From NCBI RefSeq assembly GCF_964213995.1, contig NW_027590151.1:682001-746000 (forward strand): a DNA stretch of 64,000 nt. Direction: 5' to 3'. Source of the DNA: Mustelus asterias. Lineage: Eukaryota. Made by a program: the position numbers and the translations under genes. This document shows positions 37,555-49,449 of this stretch, piece by piece. The notes beneath the pieces are model-generated. The model ran no database searches. It had not been told where the DNA came from and was given only the letters and a program-made list of their open reading frames with translations. Each line of letters begins with the position of its first letter. Within the stretch, counting starts at the first letter, position 1.

Positions 37555-38080
37555 CCTTGATCAATGACTTGGATGAAGCCAGAATTGATGATACAAAGAT
37601 AGGTAGAAAAGCAAGTTGTGAGGTTATTACAAAAAATCTGTAAGGGGCACAGATAAGTTACCTGAATGGACAGAAAAATGGCAGATGGAGTATAGTGCGG
37701 GAAAGTGGGAGCTTTTCCACTTTGGCAGGAAGAATAGAGAAGCAAAAAATTGTTTAAATATACAGAAACTGAAGAATACTGCCGTAGAGAGGAATCTGGG
37801 TGTCCTTGTACATGAATCGTGAAAAAATAGGATGAAGGTACAGCAAGTAAAGAAGGCGGCAAATGGAGTGTTGGACTTTACTGCAAGGGGGTGGAGTTTG
37901 AAAAATGGAACTTGCTGCACCTACACAGGACATTGCTGAGATAGCAGCTGGAATACTGTGTACAGTTCTGGTCTCCCTACTTATGGAATGACATGCTTTA
38001 ATTGGAATGAGTTCAGAGAAAGTTCACCAGACCCATTCCTAAGATGAAGGTGTTGCCTTTTGAGGAAAGGTTGTGAAGGT
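37555..38080 (+). mobile_element. Degenerate CR1 fragment
   Basis: Remnants of INDLDE..DDTKIG and EYCVQFWSP. Confidence 0.65.
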
Positions 38081-38429
38081 GTAGGGGAGAATTCTCCCAT
38101 CCCACCCACCACAGGAATCGTAGCAGGCCAGGGGGTGGACCACACAACGGTCCTTTGACCTCGGGGCAAGTGATGCCGCAGAATCCAACTCGTCTTTTGG
38201 GGAAGGGTTGCACCTATACTCATTGGGTTTGGAAGAATGAGCAGTGAACATTCTGAAACATATAAGATTCTCATGGACAGTTGACAGGCGAGAGGCCAAG
38301 AGGATGATTCATGAAGGAGTCTTGAACTTGGTGCCACAGATCTACAAGGAAGCCAAGTGTATTCTTTTCGCCCTTCCAGACACCAATACTTTATCCTCCG
38401 TTTTAGTCAGGTTAGTCAGAGGTTTAGTC

Positions 38430-38522
38430 AGGTATGGTGAAAGCTTCAACCAATCATCTGGCCTTTTGGAACATAATTGCAGTCACAGGGAGATGCCATG
38501 GAAATGTGGGGATTGTGGGAAG
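38430..38522 (+). pseudogene. ZNF 5' remnant cut by a CR1
   Basis: Translates to [29 protein letters not shown], then a CR1 tail. Confidence 0.65.
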
Positions 38523-39920
38523 AACATAAGAACTAGGAGCAGGAGTAGGCCATCTGGCCCCTCGAGCCCTCATGGCTGATCTTTTTGTGGACTCAGCTCC
38601 ACTTACACACCCGCTCACCATAACCCTTAATTCCTTTACTGTTTAATAATTTATCTATCCTTGCCTTAAAAACATTCAATGAGGTCGCCTCAACTGCTTC
38701 ACTGGGCAGGGAATTCCACAGATTCGCAACCCATTGTGTGAAGAAGTTCCTCCTCAACTCAGTCCTAAATCTGCTTCCCCTTATTTTGAGGTTATGCCCC
38801 CTAGTTCTAGTTTCACCCGCCAGTGGAAACAACTTCCCTGCTTCTATCTTATCTATTCCCTTCATAATCTTATATGTTTCTATAAGATCTCCCCTCATTC
38901 TTCTGAAATCCAATGAGTATAGGCCCAGTCTATTCAGTTTCTCCTCATAAGCCAACCCTCTCAACTCCGGAATCAACCTCGTGAATCTCCTCTGCACCCC
39001 CTCCAGTGCCAGTATATCATTTCTTAAGTAAGGAGACCAAAACTGTACACAGTACTCCAGGTGTGGCCTCACCAGCACCTTCTACAGCTGCAATAATCTT
39101 GCTGTTTTTAAACTCCATCCCTCTAGCAATGAAGGACAAAATTCCATTTGCCTTCTTAATTACCTGTTGCACCTGCAAACCAACTCTTTGAGATTCCTGC
39201 ACAAGGACACCCAGGTCCCTCTGCACAGCAGCATGCTGCAATTTTTTCCCATTTAAATAATAGTCAATTTTGCTGTTATTCCTACCAAAATGGATGACCT
39301 CACATTTACCAACATTGTGCTCCATCTGCCAGACCCTCGCCCACTCACTTAGATTATCTATATCCCTTTGCAGACTTTCAGCGTCCTCTGCACACTTTGC
39401 TCTTAGTGTCATCTGTGAATTTTGACACACTACACTTGGTCCCCACCTCCAAATCATCGATGTAAATCGTAAACAATTGCGGTCCCAACACTGATCCCTG
39501 AGGCACACCACTAGTCACTGATCGCCAACCAGAAAAACACCCATTTACCCCCACTCTTTGCTTTCTGTTAGTTAACCAATCCTCTATCCATGCTAATACA
39601 TTACCCGTAACACTGTGCACCTTTATCTTATGTAGCAGTCTTTGGTGCGGCACCTTGTCAAATGCCTTCTGGAAATCCAGATACACCACATCCACAGGTT
39701 CCCCATTGTCCACTGCACATGTAATGTTCTCAAAGAATTCCACCAAATTAGTCAAACATGACCTGCCCTTCATGAACCCATGCTGCGTCTTACCAATGGG
39801 ACAATTTATATCCAGATGTCTCGCTATTTTTTCCCTGATGATAGATCCAAGCGTTTTCCCTCCGACAGAAGTTAAGCTAACCAGCCTATAGTTACCTGCC
39901 TTTTGTCTACCTCCTTTTTT
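38521..39920 (-). mobile_element. CR1 LINE RT and 3' end
   Basis: ORFs 38593..39078, 39017..39511 and 39378..39773 carry CR1 RT motifs. Confidence 0.9.
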
Positions 39921-40647
39921 AAATGTTTGTGATTTTGTGAAACCTGTTTTTGTTGTCTGAGCTGACTGGAATTAGAGCCAGAGCAGGAGTAATCCAGGGG
40001 AATGATTTGGAGGTAAAGCAAAATCCAGCAGATGCTGGAGTTCTGAAAAGAACCGACCTGCTGAGTTTATCCAGCATTTTCTCTATTTATTATAATGATT
40101 TTGGGACCTGGGTTTGAATCCCACCACGTTTCAATAAAAATATTGATGAGCATGAATTAATTGTTGTAAAAACACACCTGGTTCTCTAATGCCCTTTAAG
40201 GAAGGAAATCTGCCGCCCTGATCCAGTCTAACCGACATGTGACTGGATTCACAAACAATTCAAGGGCTGACTGGGTAAACAGGGAATGTCACCATCAGAA
40301 AAACAGAGCCCCCTTGAGGGCAGAAGGGTTAGGACAGGTTATGGAGAAGGTTAAAACTGTCATCATTGAGAACAACACAGACTTTAACGGAACAACTTGT
40401 CCCAAACACAATCTCTTGTAGTTAGTGTGGCAGGGTGTGGTGAATCAGGTTTAAAAAGAGTCAAATTATATATGTTTTCTAGTTTGGACAACCACATTTA
40501 AATCTGGGACTCGGATGAGGATATGAATTGGTGTTTGGTGGTAAGATCTAAATGTGTGTATTACGCCAGGAAGCCTTAAACCCAGAGTGAGAATATTTCA
40601 AACCAGGGTTCAAAATGAACGGCTGTGGATGGTGAATTCACTCTCAA

Positions 40648-41240
40648 AAGAAAACAAAGAAAATTACAGCACAGGAACACCCCCTTCGGCCCTCCAAGCC
40701 TGCACCAACCACGCTGCCCGACTGAACTGAAACCCCCTACCCTTCTGGGGACCATATCCCTCCATTCCCATCCTATTCATGTATTTGTCAAGATGCCCCT
40801 TAAAAGTCACTATCATATCTGCTTCCACTACTTCCCCCGGCAGCGAGTTCCAGGCACCCACCACCCTCTGGGTAAAAAACCTGCCTCCTTTAAACCTTGC
40901 CCCTTGCACCTTAAACCTATGCCCCCTAGTAATTGACTCTTCTGCCCTGGGAAAAAGCTTCTGACTATCCACTCTGCCCAGCCCCTCACAATCTTGTAGA
41001 CTTCTATCAGATCGCCCTCAACCTGTGTCGTTCCAGTGAGAACAAACCAAGTTTCTCCAACCTCTCCTCATAGCTAATGCCCTCCATGCCAGGCAACATT
41101 CTGGTAGATCTTTTCTGTACCCTCTCCACCCTCTCCAAAGCCTCCACATCCTTCTGGTAGTGCGGCGACCAGAACTGAACACTATATTCCAAGTGTGGCC
41201 GAACTAAGGTTCTATAAAACTGCAACATGACTTGCCAAAA
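40648..41240 (-). mobile_element. CR1 3' fragment
   Basis: LVRPHLEYSVQFWSPH...FFTQRVVGAWNSLP; same subfamily as 58975..60220. Confidence 0.85.
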
Positions 41241-42495
41241 GGCCCGCAGAAATTCTGTCTTGGGAGGAACTACTGGAAGAAATAAATCATCCTGTACATG
41301 GGAGAGACAGAAACTGTGAGGACCATCTCCTCCAATCACAGATTCTGTCTCTCCCGATGTTGCTACATCTGCAGAGACAGAGTCTCAAACTGGAGGAACA
41401 GCTTTGCCACCTATTTTGAGAAAAGACTCAGCAGCCGATCTGTGATGTGTGGAGGAGTTGTGTCTTCCTGCTACAGAACTAGTTTCATAGCAGTGTGAGC
41501 CTCAAAAGGAATGATCCAACCATCGGCAGACCTTTCCCCATTCTGCTGAACAAGTCTCGATTATTTTTATATATCTCAGAAGGTGGGGTTTACAGCTCAG
41601 GAATTTGAGTAACCAGATATTGTGAACGTACTTACAATCACTTGGGTCGTCACATTAGAAATTGAGATACATTCATCCAGGTTCATATTCTAAACTGCTT
41701 TTATTTGCAGTTTAACATTCACAGACAACATACAAAATCCCCGGTCAGAGCTGATCTCAGCTGGTGTAGTGAGGTTATTGATGGGTTATTGATGTAAATC
41801 CACACACAATGAAGATCAGAATCGGGAGAGATTTTTCCTGCTCCACTGTCTGAACCAATAAACATCTGATTCAGTTCCCTTGTGTCAAATAGTTAGAATT
41901 CTCATTTTGGAAAGAGAGTATGGGAGTATTTTTAAAGTAAATTAACAAAACATATCATTCATAGATTCCAATTTAAAAGTTTTAATATATACACAGTCTT
42001 CAGTATTTGTGCTATCTTATTCAAAGAAGTAAACTAACAGAAACACAAAAGGTAATGTTACTACGTGACTACATCACTAATAAAGGAGTTACTGAGAATG
42101 GAAAACGATGCCCTGGAAACCAAAAAATAGCCCTTAAAAATCAAAGAGTAGCTTTCCAGAAAATCTCAATACAAGCATTGAAAATAAATACTTTGTGCCC
42201 TGCAGATGGATCTTTCAGAGAATGAATTGTAGATTTTGCCCAAAGATCAAATTAGAATTGAAGCAAAAGTTCTTAACTTTATTCTAAACAGGTTCCTGTT
42301 GAGAGTTCTTCAATTAAGGGGGAAGATCACTGGTGGTGCTTTTAAAAAGTGACATTGCAGCCCTGAAAATCAGTGACACTTCCAGAATATTAAATTCCAG
42401 CTAGTTATAGGGTTTGTTAACATCAGCAGAAATAAAATATTGTCAGACTGTCAATACTGAACAGCAGCAAAAACAGCAAAATCCAACCCCTGCAG

Positions 42496-43419
42496 TCACT
42501 TGTGAACTTGTTGATGTCTCAGGAGCCATTGTGACTGAGTGAATCCCTTCCCACACACAGAGCAGTTGAATGGCCTCTTAGTGTGAGTGCGTTGGTGAGC
42601 CAGCAGGTTGAAAGACTTTGCGAATCCCTTCCCACACACGGAGCAAGTGAATGGCCTCTCCCCTGTGTGAACTCGCTGGTGAGCAGAGAGGTTGGATGAC
42701 CGATTGAATCCCTTCCCACACACGGAGCATGTGAATGGTCTTTCTGCAGTGTGAGTGCGTCGGTGAGCAGTGAGGTTGGATGACTGCCTGAAATTCTTTC
42801 CACAGTCAGTGCAGCGGAATGGCTTCTCTTCAGTGTGAATTTTCTGGTGTCTCAGCAGACTGGGTAAAACTGTGAATCCCTTTCCACACAAAAAGCAAGT
42901 AAACGGTCTCTCCCCAGTGTGAATTCGCTGGTGTGCAATGAGGGAGGATGCCTGTCTGAAACTCCGTCCACAGTCAGTGCAGCTGAATGGCTTCTCCTCA
43001 ATGTGAACTCGCTGGTGTGACAGTAAGTGGGATGACCCAGTGAATCCCTTCCCACAGTCGGAGCAGGTGAACGGCCTCTCCCCAGTATGAACTCGCTGGT
43101 GTGACAGCAGGTGGAATGACTGAGTGAATCCCTTCCCACACACGGAGCAGATGAATGGTCTCTCCCCGGTGTGAGTGCGTTGGTGCACAGTGAGTGCTGA
43201 AGAATGCCTGAACCTCTTCCCACAGGAGGTGCAGGTGAATGGCTTTTCCTCAGTGTGAATTCTCTGGTGAGACCAAAGGCCAGATGACTGAATGAATCCC
43301 TCCCCACAGACAGAACAGGTGAACGGTCTCTCACCAGTGTGACTGCGCCGATGGTTTTCCAGCAGGGAAGGGTAACTGAATCCTTTCCCACAGTCCCCAC
43401 ATTTCCACGGTTTCTCCAT
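42496..43419 (-). CDS. C2H2 zinc-finger protein, 11 fingers (gene G)
   Basis: Intact 307-aa ORF with a gcaccATGG start. Confidence 0.9.
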   Translation of the reverse strand: MEKPWKCGDCGKGFSYPSLLENHRRSHTGERPFTCSVCGEGFIQSSGLWSHQRIHTEEKPFTCTSCGKRFRHSSALTVHQRTHTGERPFICSVCGKGFTQSFHLLSHQRVHTGERPFTCSDCGKGFTGSSHLLSHQRVHIEEKPFSCTDCGRSFRQASSLIAHQRIHTGERPFTCFLCGKGFTVLPSLLRHQKIHTEEKPFRCTDCGKNFRQSSNLTAHRRTHTAERPFTCSVCGKGFNRSSNLSAHQRVHTGERPFTCSVCGKGFAKSFNLLAHQRTHTKRPFNCSVCGKGFTQSQWLLRHQQVHK

Positions 43420-44195
43420 GGTGCTGGTGTCCTTATGTTTCTCCAGGTTAAATGATCAGTTGAAGCCTCATCCACACACAGAACACGTGTACAGTTTCTC
43501 CTTGCTGTGAATGGTGTGATGTTTTTTAAGGCTGCGTAACTGGATAAAGCTCTTTCCACAGTCAACTCACTGAAACACTCTCACTCGGGTGTGCGGGTAT
43601 CTTGGTGCTTTTTCAGTCACACTGATGTTTGAAATCTTCTCCTCCAGACAGAAGACAAACATTTCTCCTTCCACATTCAAAGTCTGAGGATATTTAAGTC
43701 CAAGTGAATCGAGACTCTGTCTGATTTTGATGTGATGTTTCTTCACCTCACCTGTAAAAGGAGTTTACAAAATTAATCACTGTCAGTCCAGGATAGAAAT
43801 TTTGAACAGACAATTCTAATTCTCTGGAACATTTCTTCCTCTCTCATTCCCCCAAATCAATAAATTCCTGTCCCACAAATTCTCCCTCCTCCCTTGGCTT
43901 AAATCCAAACCCATCTCACCATTCCTTTCCCCCACTCCCAGTTTTCTCCCTCCCTCTCCTCTGTCTGGGTTCAGTTCTCCAGCTGCTGTCTGCAGACTGA
44001 CAATAAAACCAATGGGTCTTATTGGGGGCGTTGGGGCCTCCAGCGGGTGTTTGTGAATCCTCCCCGCCCACCTCCCAGGGTTTCCTTCCTTCCCAGAGAT
44101 CAGAGTCCTCATTGATTTGAGGCCAAAGTGTAACCTCTTATTTATTGTCCCCCTCCCCCATCCTCTGATGTGAACCATTCTCCAGTGGCTGAGCT

Positions 44196-45030
44196 AGGAT
44201 GGGGCCGTTAACCTGGGCCTGTTCCCGGGAGGGAGGGAGGGAGAAGCCCCGCAGCTGCAAACCAGGGAGCTGACAATGATTCTGAAGGGTTTGCGGATCC
44301 ACAAAGTGTTTCCAAATCCTCCCAGCCACCGCCTAACGCTGACTCCGCTTCTCCGGGACAAACAAGCGCCAAGGACAGCAATGACACTGCGCATGCTCCA
44401 CATCACAATGCCCGGGCATTGATTGACGGCAGCTCCGGACCAATAGGAAGAGGGGGCGGGGCTGGAGGACCGAGCAGGAGCGGCTGGTCCTCCAACCAAA
44501 CGGAGTGAAGGAAGGGCGGGGCTGGAGCAAATATTTCAGCACCGGGTGAAGCGCTGGAGCCGGCGGTTGGAGATTGGGGAGGATCCGCAAACCCTTCAGA
44601 ATCATTGTCAGCTCCCTGGTTTGCAGCTGCGGGGCTTCTCCCTCCCTCCCTCCCGGGAACAGGCCCAGGTTAACGGCCCCATCCTGGTTGGAGCTGGAGC
44701 ATGCGCAGTGCCTGCGGCAGACGGTCAGGAGCTCGAGCGAGCGGGTTTTCAATGGAGATTTTTACAAAGACCGAGTGCAGATCCAGAGCCTGAAATAAAA
44801 CCGGAAACATAAATGGAGTTTGCGGGTGGATGGTGAGGCTTTATAAACACCCGGTGTCGGCCACAGTCCCTCAATTTGCAAAGCAAATTCCTCAGACCTT
44901 CTGATGGTTTCAGGCCGGAGTTCAAATCCGCCATCTTTATGAAGGTCCGTGTACTGCAAAGCGCATGCGCATCCGCCATCTTTATTGAGGTAAATTGGAA
45001 CAACGCATGCGCAGCCACCGTATTTGTTGA
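44196..45030. promoter_or_regulatory. Probable bidirectional promoter for genes G (-) and H (+), containing a 105-bp perfect inverted repeat
   Basis: Paralogue of 14926-15390; two YY1 (ccgccatctt) and NRF1 (gcgcatgcgc) sites at 44928-45015. Confidence 0.7.
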
Positions 45031-45171
45031 GGTTGAAACCAAATGAATAACCCACAGGGAACAAAAAAAATCAGAGTTTGATTTCATAACAAAATCGATG
45101 TGTTGTTGTAAAACCGGAAGTTAGGGTTACAGCCAACAACAACTTCTATTTATATAACACCATTAATATCA

Positions 45172-45472
45172 GGGTGGTTAGCACTGCTGCCTCACAGCTC
45201 CAGGGACCCAGGTTCGATCCCAGCCTTGGGTCACTGTCTGTGCGGAGTTTGCACGTTATCCCTGTGACTGTGGGTTTCCTCTGGGTGCTCCCGTTTCCTC
45301 CCACCGCCCAAAGATGTGACGTTTAGGGGAATTGGCCATGCTATATTGCCCCTTCGTGTCCAAAGATGTGCGGGTAAGGGGGATTAGTGGGGTACAGATC
45401 AGGGGTAAAATATTCAGAGTCAGTGTAGACTTGATGGGCTAAATGGTTTCCTTCTGCACTGTAGGAATTCTT
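45172..45472 (+). mobile_element. HE1-type V-SINE
   Basis: Head, V-domain and tail present. Confidence 0.8.
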
Positions 45473-45657
45473 TGAGAAGTCATCCTTGTGCACTGAAGGT
45501 CTAGTCACTAATGGTGGAGTGATTAAAATAGGGAATGTGCAGGAAACCAGAATCAGCACAGTGTTAGAGGTGATTCCAGAGATAGGAACAGGCCTTGGAG
45601 TGATTTGTACAAATTAGTTGTAAGGATGCATGAAAAATACGCATTTCATTTGGATCT

Positions 45658-45976
45658 CATAGAATTCTACAGTGCAGAGGGAGGCCATTTGGCCCATTGA
45701 GTCTGCACTGACCACAATCCCACCCAGGCCCTATCCCCATTACCACATGCATTTATCCTAGCTAGCCCCCCTGATACTCAGGGGTAATTTAGCATAGCCA
45801 ATCTATCTAACCCGCACATGTTTGGACTGTGGGAGGAAACCAGAGCACCTGCAGGAAACCCATGCAGACACGGGAGAACATGCAAACTCCACACAGACAG
45901 TGACCCAAGCTGGGAATCAAATCGGGTCACTGGGGCTGTGAGGCACAGGGCTAACCACTGCGCCACCATGCCGCCC
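45658..45976 (-). mobile_element. HE1-type V-SINE
   Basis: Reverse complement of the HE1-like sequence; faces the preceding copy tail-to-tail. Confidence 0.8.
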
Positions 45977-46424
45977 TCTGCTCAGGGAAGAGGGAGAGTG
46001 TATGGGACAGATTTACTGTTTTGGGGAACAAGAGCAGAAAAGTTGTTCCTTAGAAATTAGACTTGTCTGATCAGAATTTCTATCCTGGACTGACAGTAGT
46101 TTTGTAAACTTCTTCTTTTGCAGGATATTTGATGGGGAAGATTTACAGTCAGAAAAATTGAATCAAGATTTAACAGTCGCTCAATTCACCAGCACCTGAA
46201 CACGATCAGCCTTTGAATGTGGAGTGCGGGAAAAGATTTCAAACATCAGTGTGACTGGAAAAGCACTGAGACAGACACACACCCGAGTGAGAGCTTTCCA
46301 GTGAACTGACTGTGGAAAGAGCTTTAACCAGTTACACAGCCTGAGAAAACATCACACCATTCATAGCAATGTGAATCTGTGCATGTGTTCTGTGTGTGGA
46401 CGAGGCTTCAACTAATCACTCAAT

Positions 46425-46958
46425 ATGGAGAGACATGATGATACTGACATCATAGAGAAACCGTGGATATGTGGAGACTGTGGGAAAGCATTCACTTGCC
46501 CATCCAAACTGGAAACTCATCGACGCACCCACACAGGGGAGAGACCCTTCACGTGTCCCGTGTGTTGGAAGGAATTTACTCAATCATCCTGCCTAACATT
46601 ACACCAGCGAGTTCACACTGGAGAGAGACCATACACTTGCTCTGTGTGTGGGAAGGGATTCGTCCAGATGTATAACCTACAATTACACAGGAGAGTTCAC
46701 ACTGGAGAGAGGCCGTTCACCTGCTCCGTGTGTGGGAAGCGATTCATTAATTCATCCAACCTTGTGACACACCAGCGAGTTCACACTGAGGAGAGGCCAT
46801 TCAGCTGCACTGACTGTGGAAAGAGCTTCAGACATTCATCCAGCCTCAAAGCACATCAGCGACTTCACACTGGGGAGAGACCATTCACCTGCTCAGAGTG
46901 TGGGAAGGGATTCACTACCTCCTCCCACCTGGTGACACACCAGCGACTTCACGAGTGA
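46425..46958 (+). CDS. C2H2 zinc-finger protein, 6 fingers (gene H)
   Basis: Intact 177-aa ORF with ATG at 46425. Confidence 0.85.
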   Translation: MERHDDTDIIEKPWICGDCGKAFTCPSKLETHRRTHTGERPFTCPVCWKEFTQSSCLTLHQRVHTGERPYTCSVCGKGFVQMYNLQLHRRVHTGERPFTCSVCGKRFINSSNLVTHQRVHTEERPFSCTDCGKSFRHSSSLKAHQRLHTGERPFTCSECGKGFTTSSHLVTHQRLHE

Positions 46959-47184
46959 ATGCAGGGAGTGGATTCTGCTGTACCTGCTGCTGTTAATCAC
47001 ATCCAGGAGTGAGCCACATTCATTCTGACATTTGAGGTTTGTTTCTGCTGATAATAATCCCTGTAGCTGGGCTGGAGTTTAATATTCTCGATCGAGAGCT
47101 GATTGTGTTTTTGGGGTTGCCATTTCCCTTTAAGAACCACTGTCTGTGATCTTTCCCCATCATTCAGGAACTCTCGTCACCGAT

Positions 47185-47560
47185 TCTTCACAGTACAGAA
47201 AGAGGCCATTCAGCCCATCAAGTCTGCACTGGCTCACTGAAAGAGCCTTATCCCATTCCCCTGCCATACTTCTGTAACCTTGCACACTCTTTCTTTTCAG
47301 ATAACAATCCAATTCTCTTTTGAGTACCTTGATCAAACCTGCCTCCACTGCTCTCACAGGACGTTTATTCCAGACTCCAACCACTCACGAGGTGAAAATA
47401 ATTTTCCTTGCATCACTTTGACTCTGTTTTCCCCATTAACGTAGGTCTGTGCCCTCTAGTTCTTGATGTTCTCTTGGTGGGAACATTTTCTCACTATTTC
47501 ACCTGCCCAATTCCTCAGGATCTTGAATACCTCTATCAATCTCCTCTCGACCATCTTCAA
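47185..47560 (-). mobile_element. Degenerate CR1 3' fragment
   Basis: Remnant VGVWNKRPVRAVEAG...LKRELD. Confidence 0.6.
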
Positions 47561-48374
47561 TCAGACAATTAACATTTATTTCTTCTGATGTTAATCTCTA
47601 ACTGACCTGGAATTTAATATTCTGAAATCTGTTAAATAAATCAGCTTTGTTCCAAACACACGGTGTGTTAAATCCTTGATTTCTCCAGGATAAGAGATTA
47701 ATTGATGTCTTGTTACTGACTTCTGTTTTTTGGTTCTTTTCTCCTTTTAACTCCAGATTATTTCAGTCTCAGACCTTCAGTTACACTCATTTTTTTAAAA
47801 TTTGACTTATTATTGTCACAAGTATTAGCATAAAATGAAAAGTATTGTTTCTTATCATGGACAAGTCCCAGCTCCCTATACTTTCTAGAATGTCTCTCCC
47901 AGCCTTGAGATCTAGGGAAGTTTTCAGTATTTAAAAACAGAAAATACTGGAAATTATAATCCATACTTTTCCAAGTGTCAGTTGATTGTGTCCCAGATTA
48001 TTGGCTTTTCCCCACTGCTGATGTTAAGCTGATTGTTCTGTAATTGCTGTGTTTTTGAACAGGGATGTAACATTTACATTCTCTGTCCTTTGTCACTACG
48101 ACTCTATAAGGATTGGAAGATTGTGGCCAGAGCTCCACAAGCTCCATGTGAAGGACAGTGTGTGTCAGAGTGCAGCAGTCCCTCAGTGTCAGACTGCAGT
48201 GTCAGCCTAGATAATGTGCTCAGCTTGATGAGTATTTCCTGTTGTTATTGATGTGGATCATTCAGAAACAATGGACTCTGATGATGTCATCCAGTCCTGC
48301 TGCGATGATGTCATAGAGACTATTACATCACAGCAGAGCCTTAGTAGTGAAAACAGTTTTGTTCCAGATGAGAG

Positions 48375-49312
48375 GTGATGGCCCAATGCTATTATCCCTG
48401 GACTTAATCCATAAACTCAGCTTATGTTCTGGGGACCGGGTTCAAATCCCACCACAGCAAGTGGTGTAATTTGAACAAAGAACAAGAAAAAAGAAAATTA
48501 TAGCACAGGAACAGGCTCTTTGGCCCTCCAAGCCTGCACTGATTATGCTGCCCGTCTGAACTAAAAAGGCCTCCGGGGACCATATCCCTCTATTCCCATT
48601 TTATTCATGCATTTGTCCAGGTGTCCCTTAAAAGTCACTATCATATCTGCTTCCACTACCTCCCCCAGCAGCGAGTTCCAGGCACCTGCCACTCTTGGTA
48701 AAAAAAAAACTTGCCTCGTACATTTAATTCAATAAAAATAATTGAATTCAATAAAAAAAAAATCAGGATTAAGAATCTACTGCTGACCATGAAACCATTG
48801 TCAATTGTCAGAAAAAAACCATTTGGTTCAGTAAAGCAAAAAGTAAAGTTTATTTATTAGTCACAAGTAGGCTTATATTAACAGTGCAGTGAGGTTACTG
48901 TGAAATTCCCCTGGTTGCCACACTCCGGCATTTGTTCGAGTCAATGCACCCTAACCAGCATGTCTATCAGACTGTGGGAGGAAACCGGAGCACCCGGAGG
49001 AAACCCACGCAGACACACAGAGAACGTGCAAACTCCACACAGACAGTGACCCAAGCTGGGAATCGAACTCCAGTCCCTGGCGCTGTGAGGCAACAGTGCT
49101 AACCACTGTACCACCCCATGAATGTCCGTTTGGGGAAGGAAATCTGCTGTCCTTACCTGTCTGGCCTACATGTGACTCCAGAGGCACAGCAATGTGGTTG
49201 ACGATCAACTGCCCTCTGAAATGGCCCAGTGAGCCACTCAGTTCGATGGTAACTAGGGATGGGCAATAAATGCCGGCCATGCAGTGACGCCCATGTCCCA
49301 CAAATGCATAAA
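48375..49312 (+). mobile_element. DeuSINE-like SINE interrupted by a CR1 tail (~48475-48720, -) and an HE1-like SINE (~48840-49118, -)
   Basis: Three collinear pieces match 2640..3025. Confidence 0.6.
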
Positions 49313-49449
49313 AAATCCTCAGAGTTTAAATTCACACAGCCATTCTGTCTCCTTTTGTAATTACCACTCACTTCATCCGTTTAAATAAATGGACGTCAAT
49401 GAACATAATTCATTCCTGGATGTGATTTACAGTAAAATCCAGTCACTGA

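Noticed and set aside
46295-46315. TGA at the first Cys of the leader finger (also near 14267, 27863 and 43569), suggesting selenocysteine
   Set aside because: These fingers carry other stops or frameshifts, and no SECIS could be identified by eye; a shared ancestral TGC>TGA mutation is simpler.
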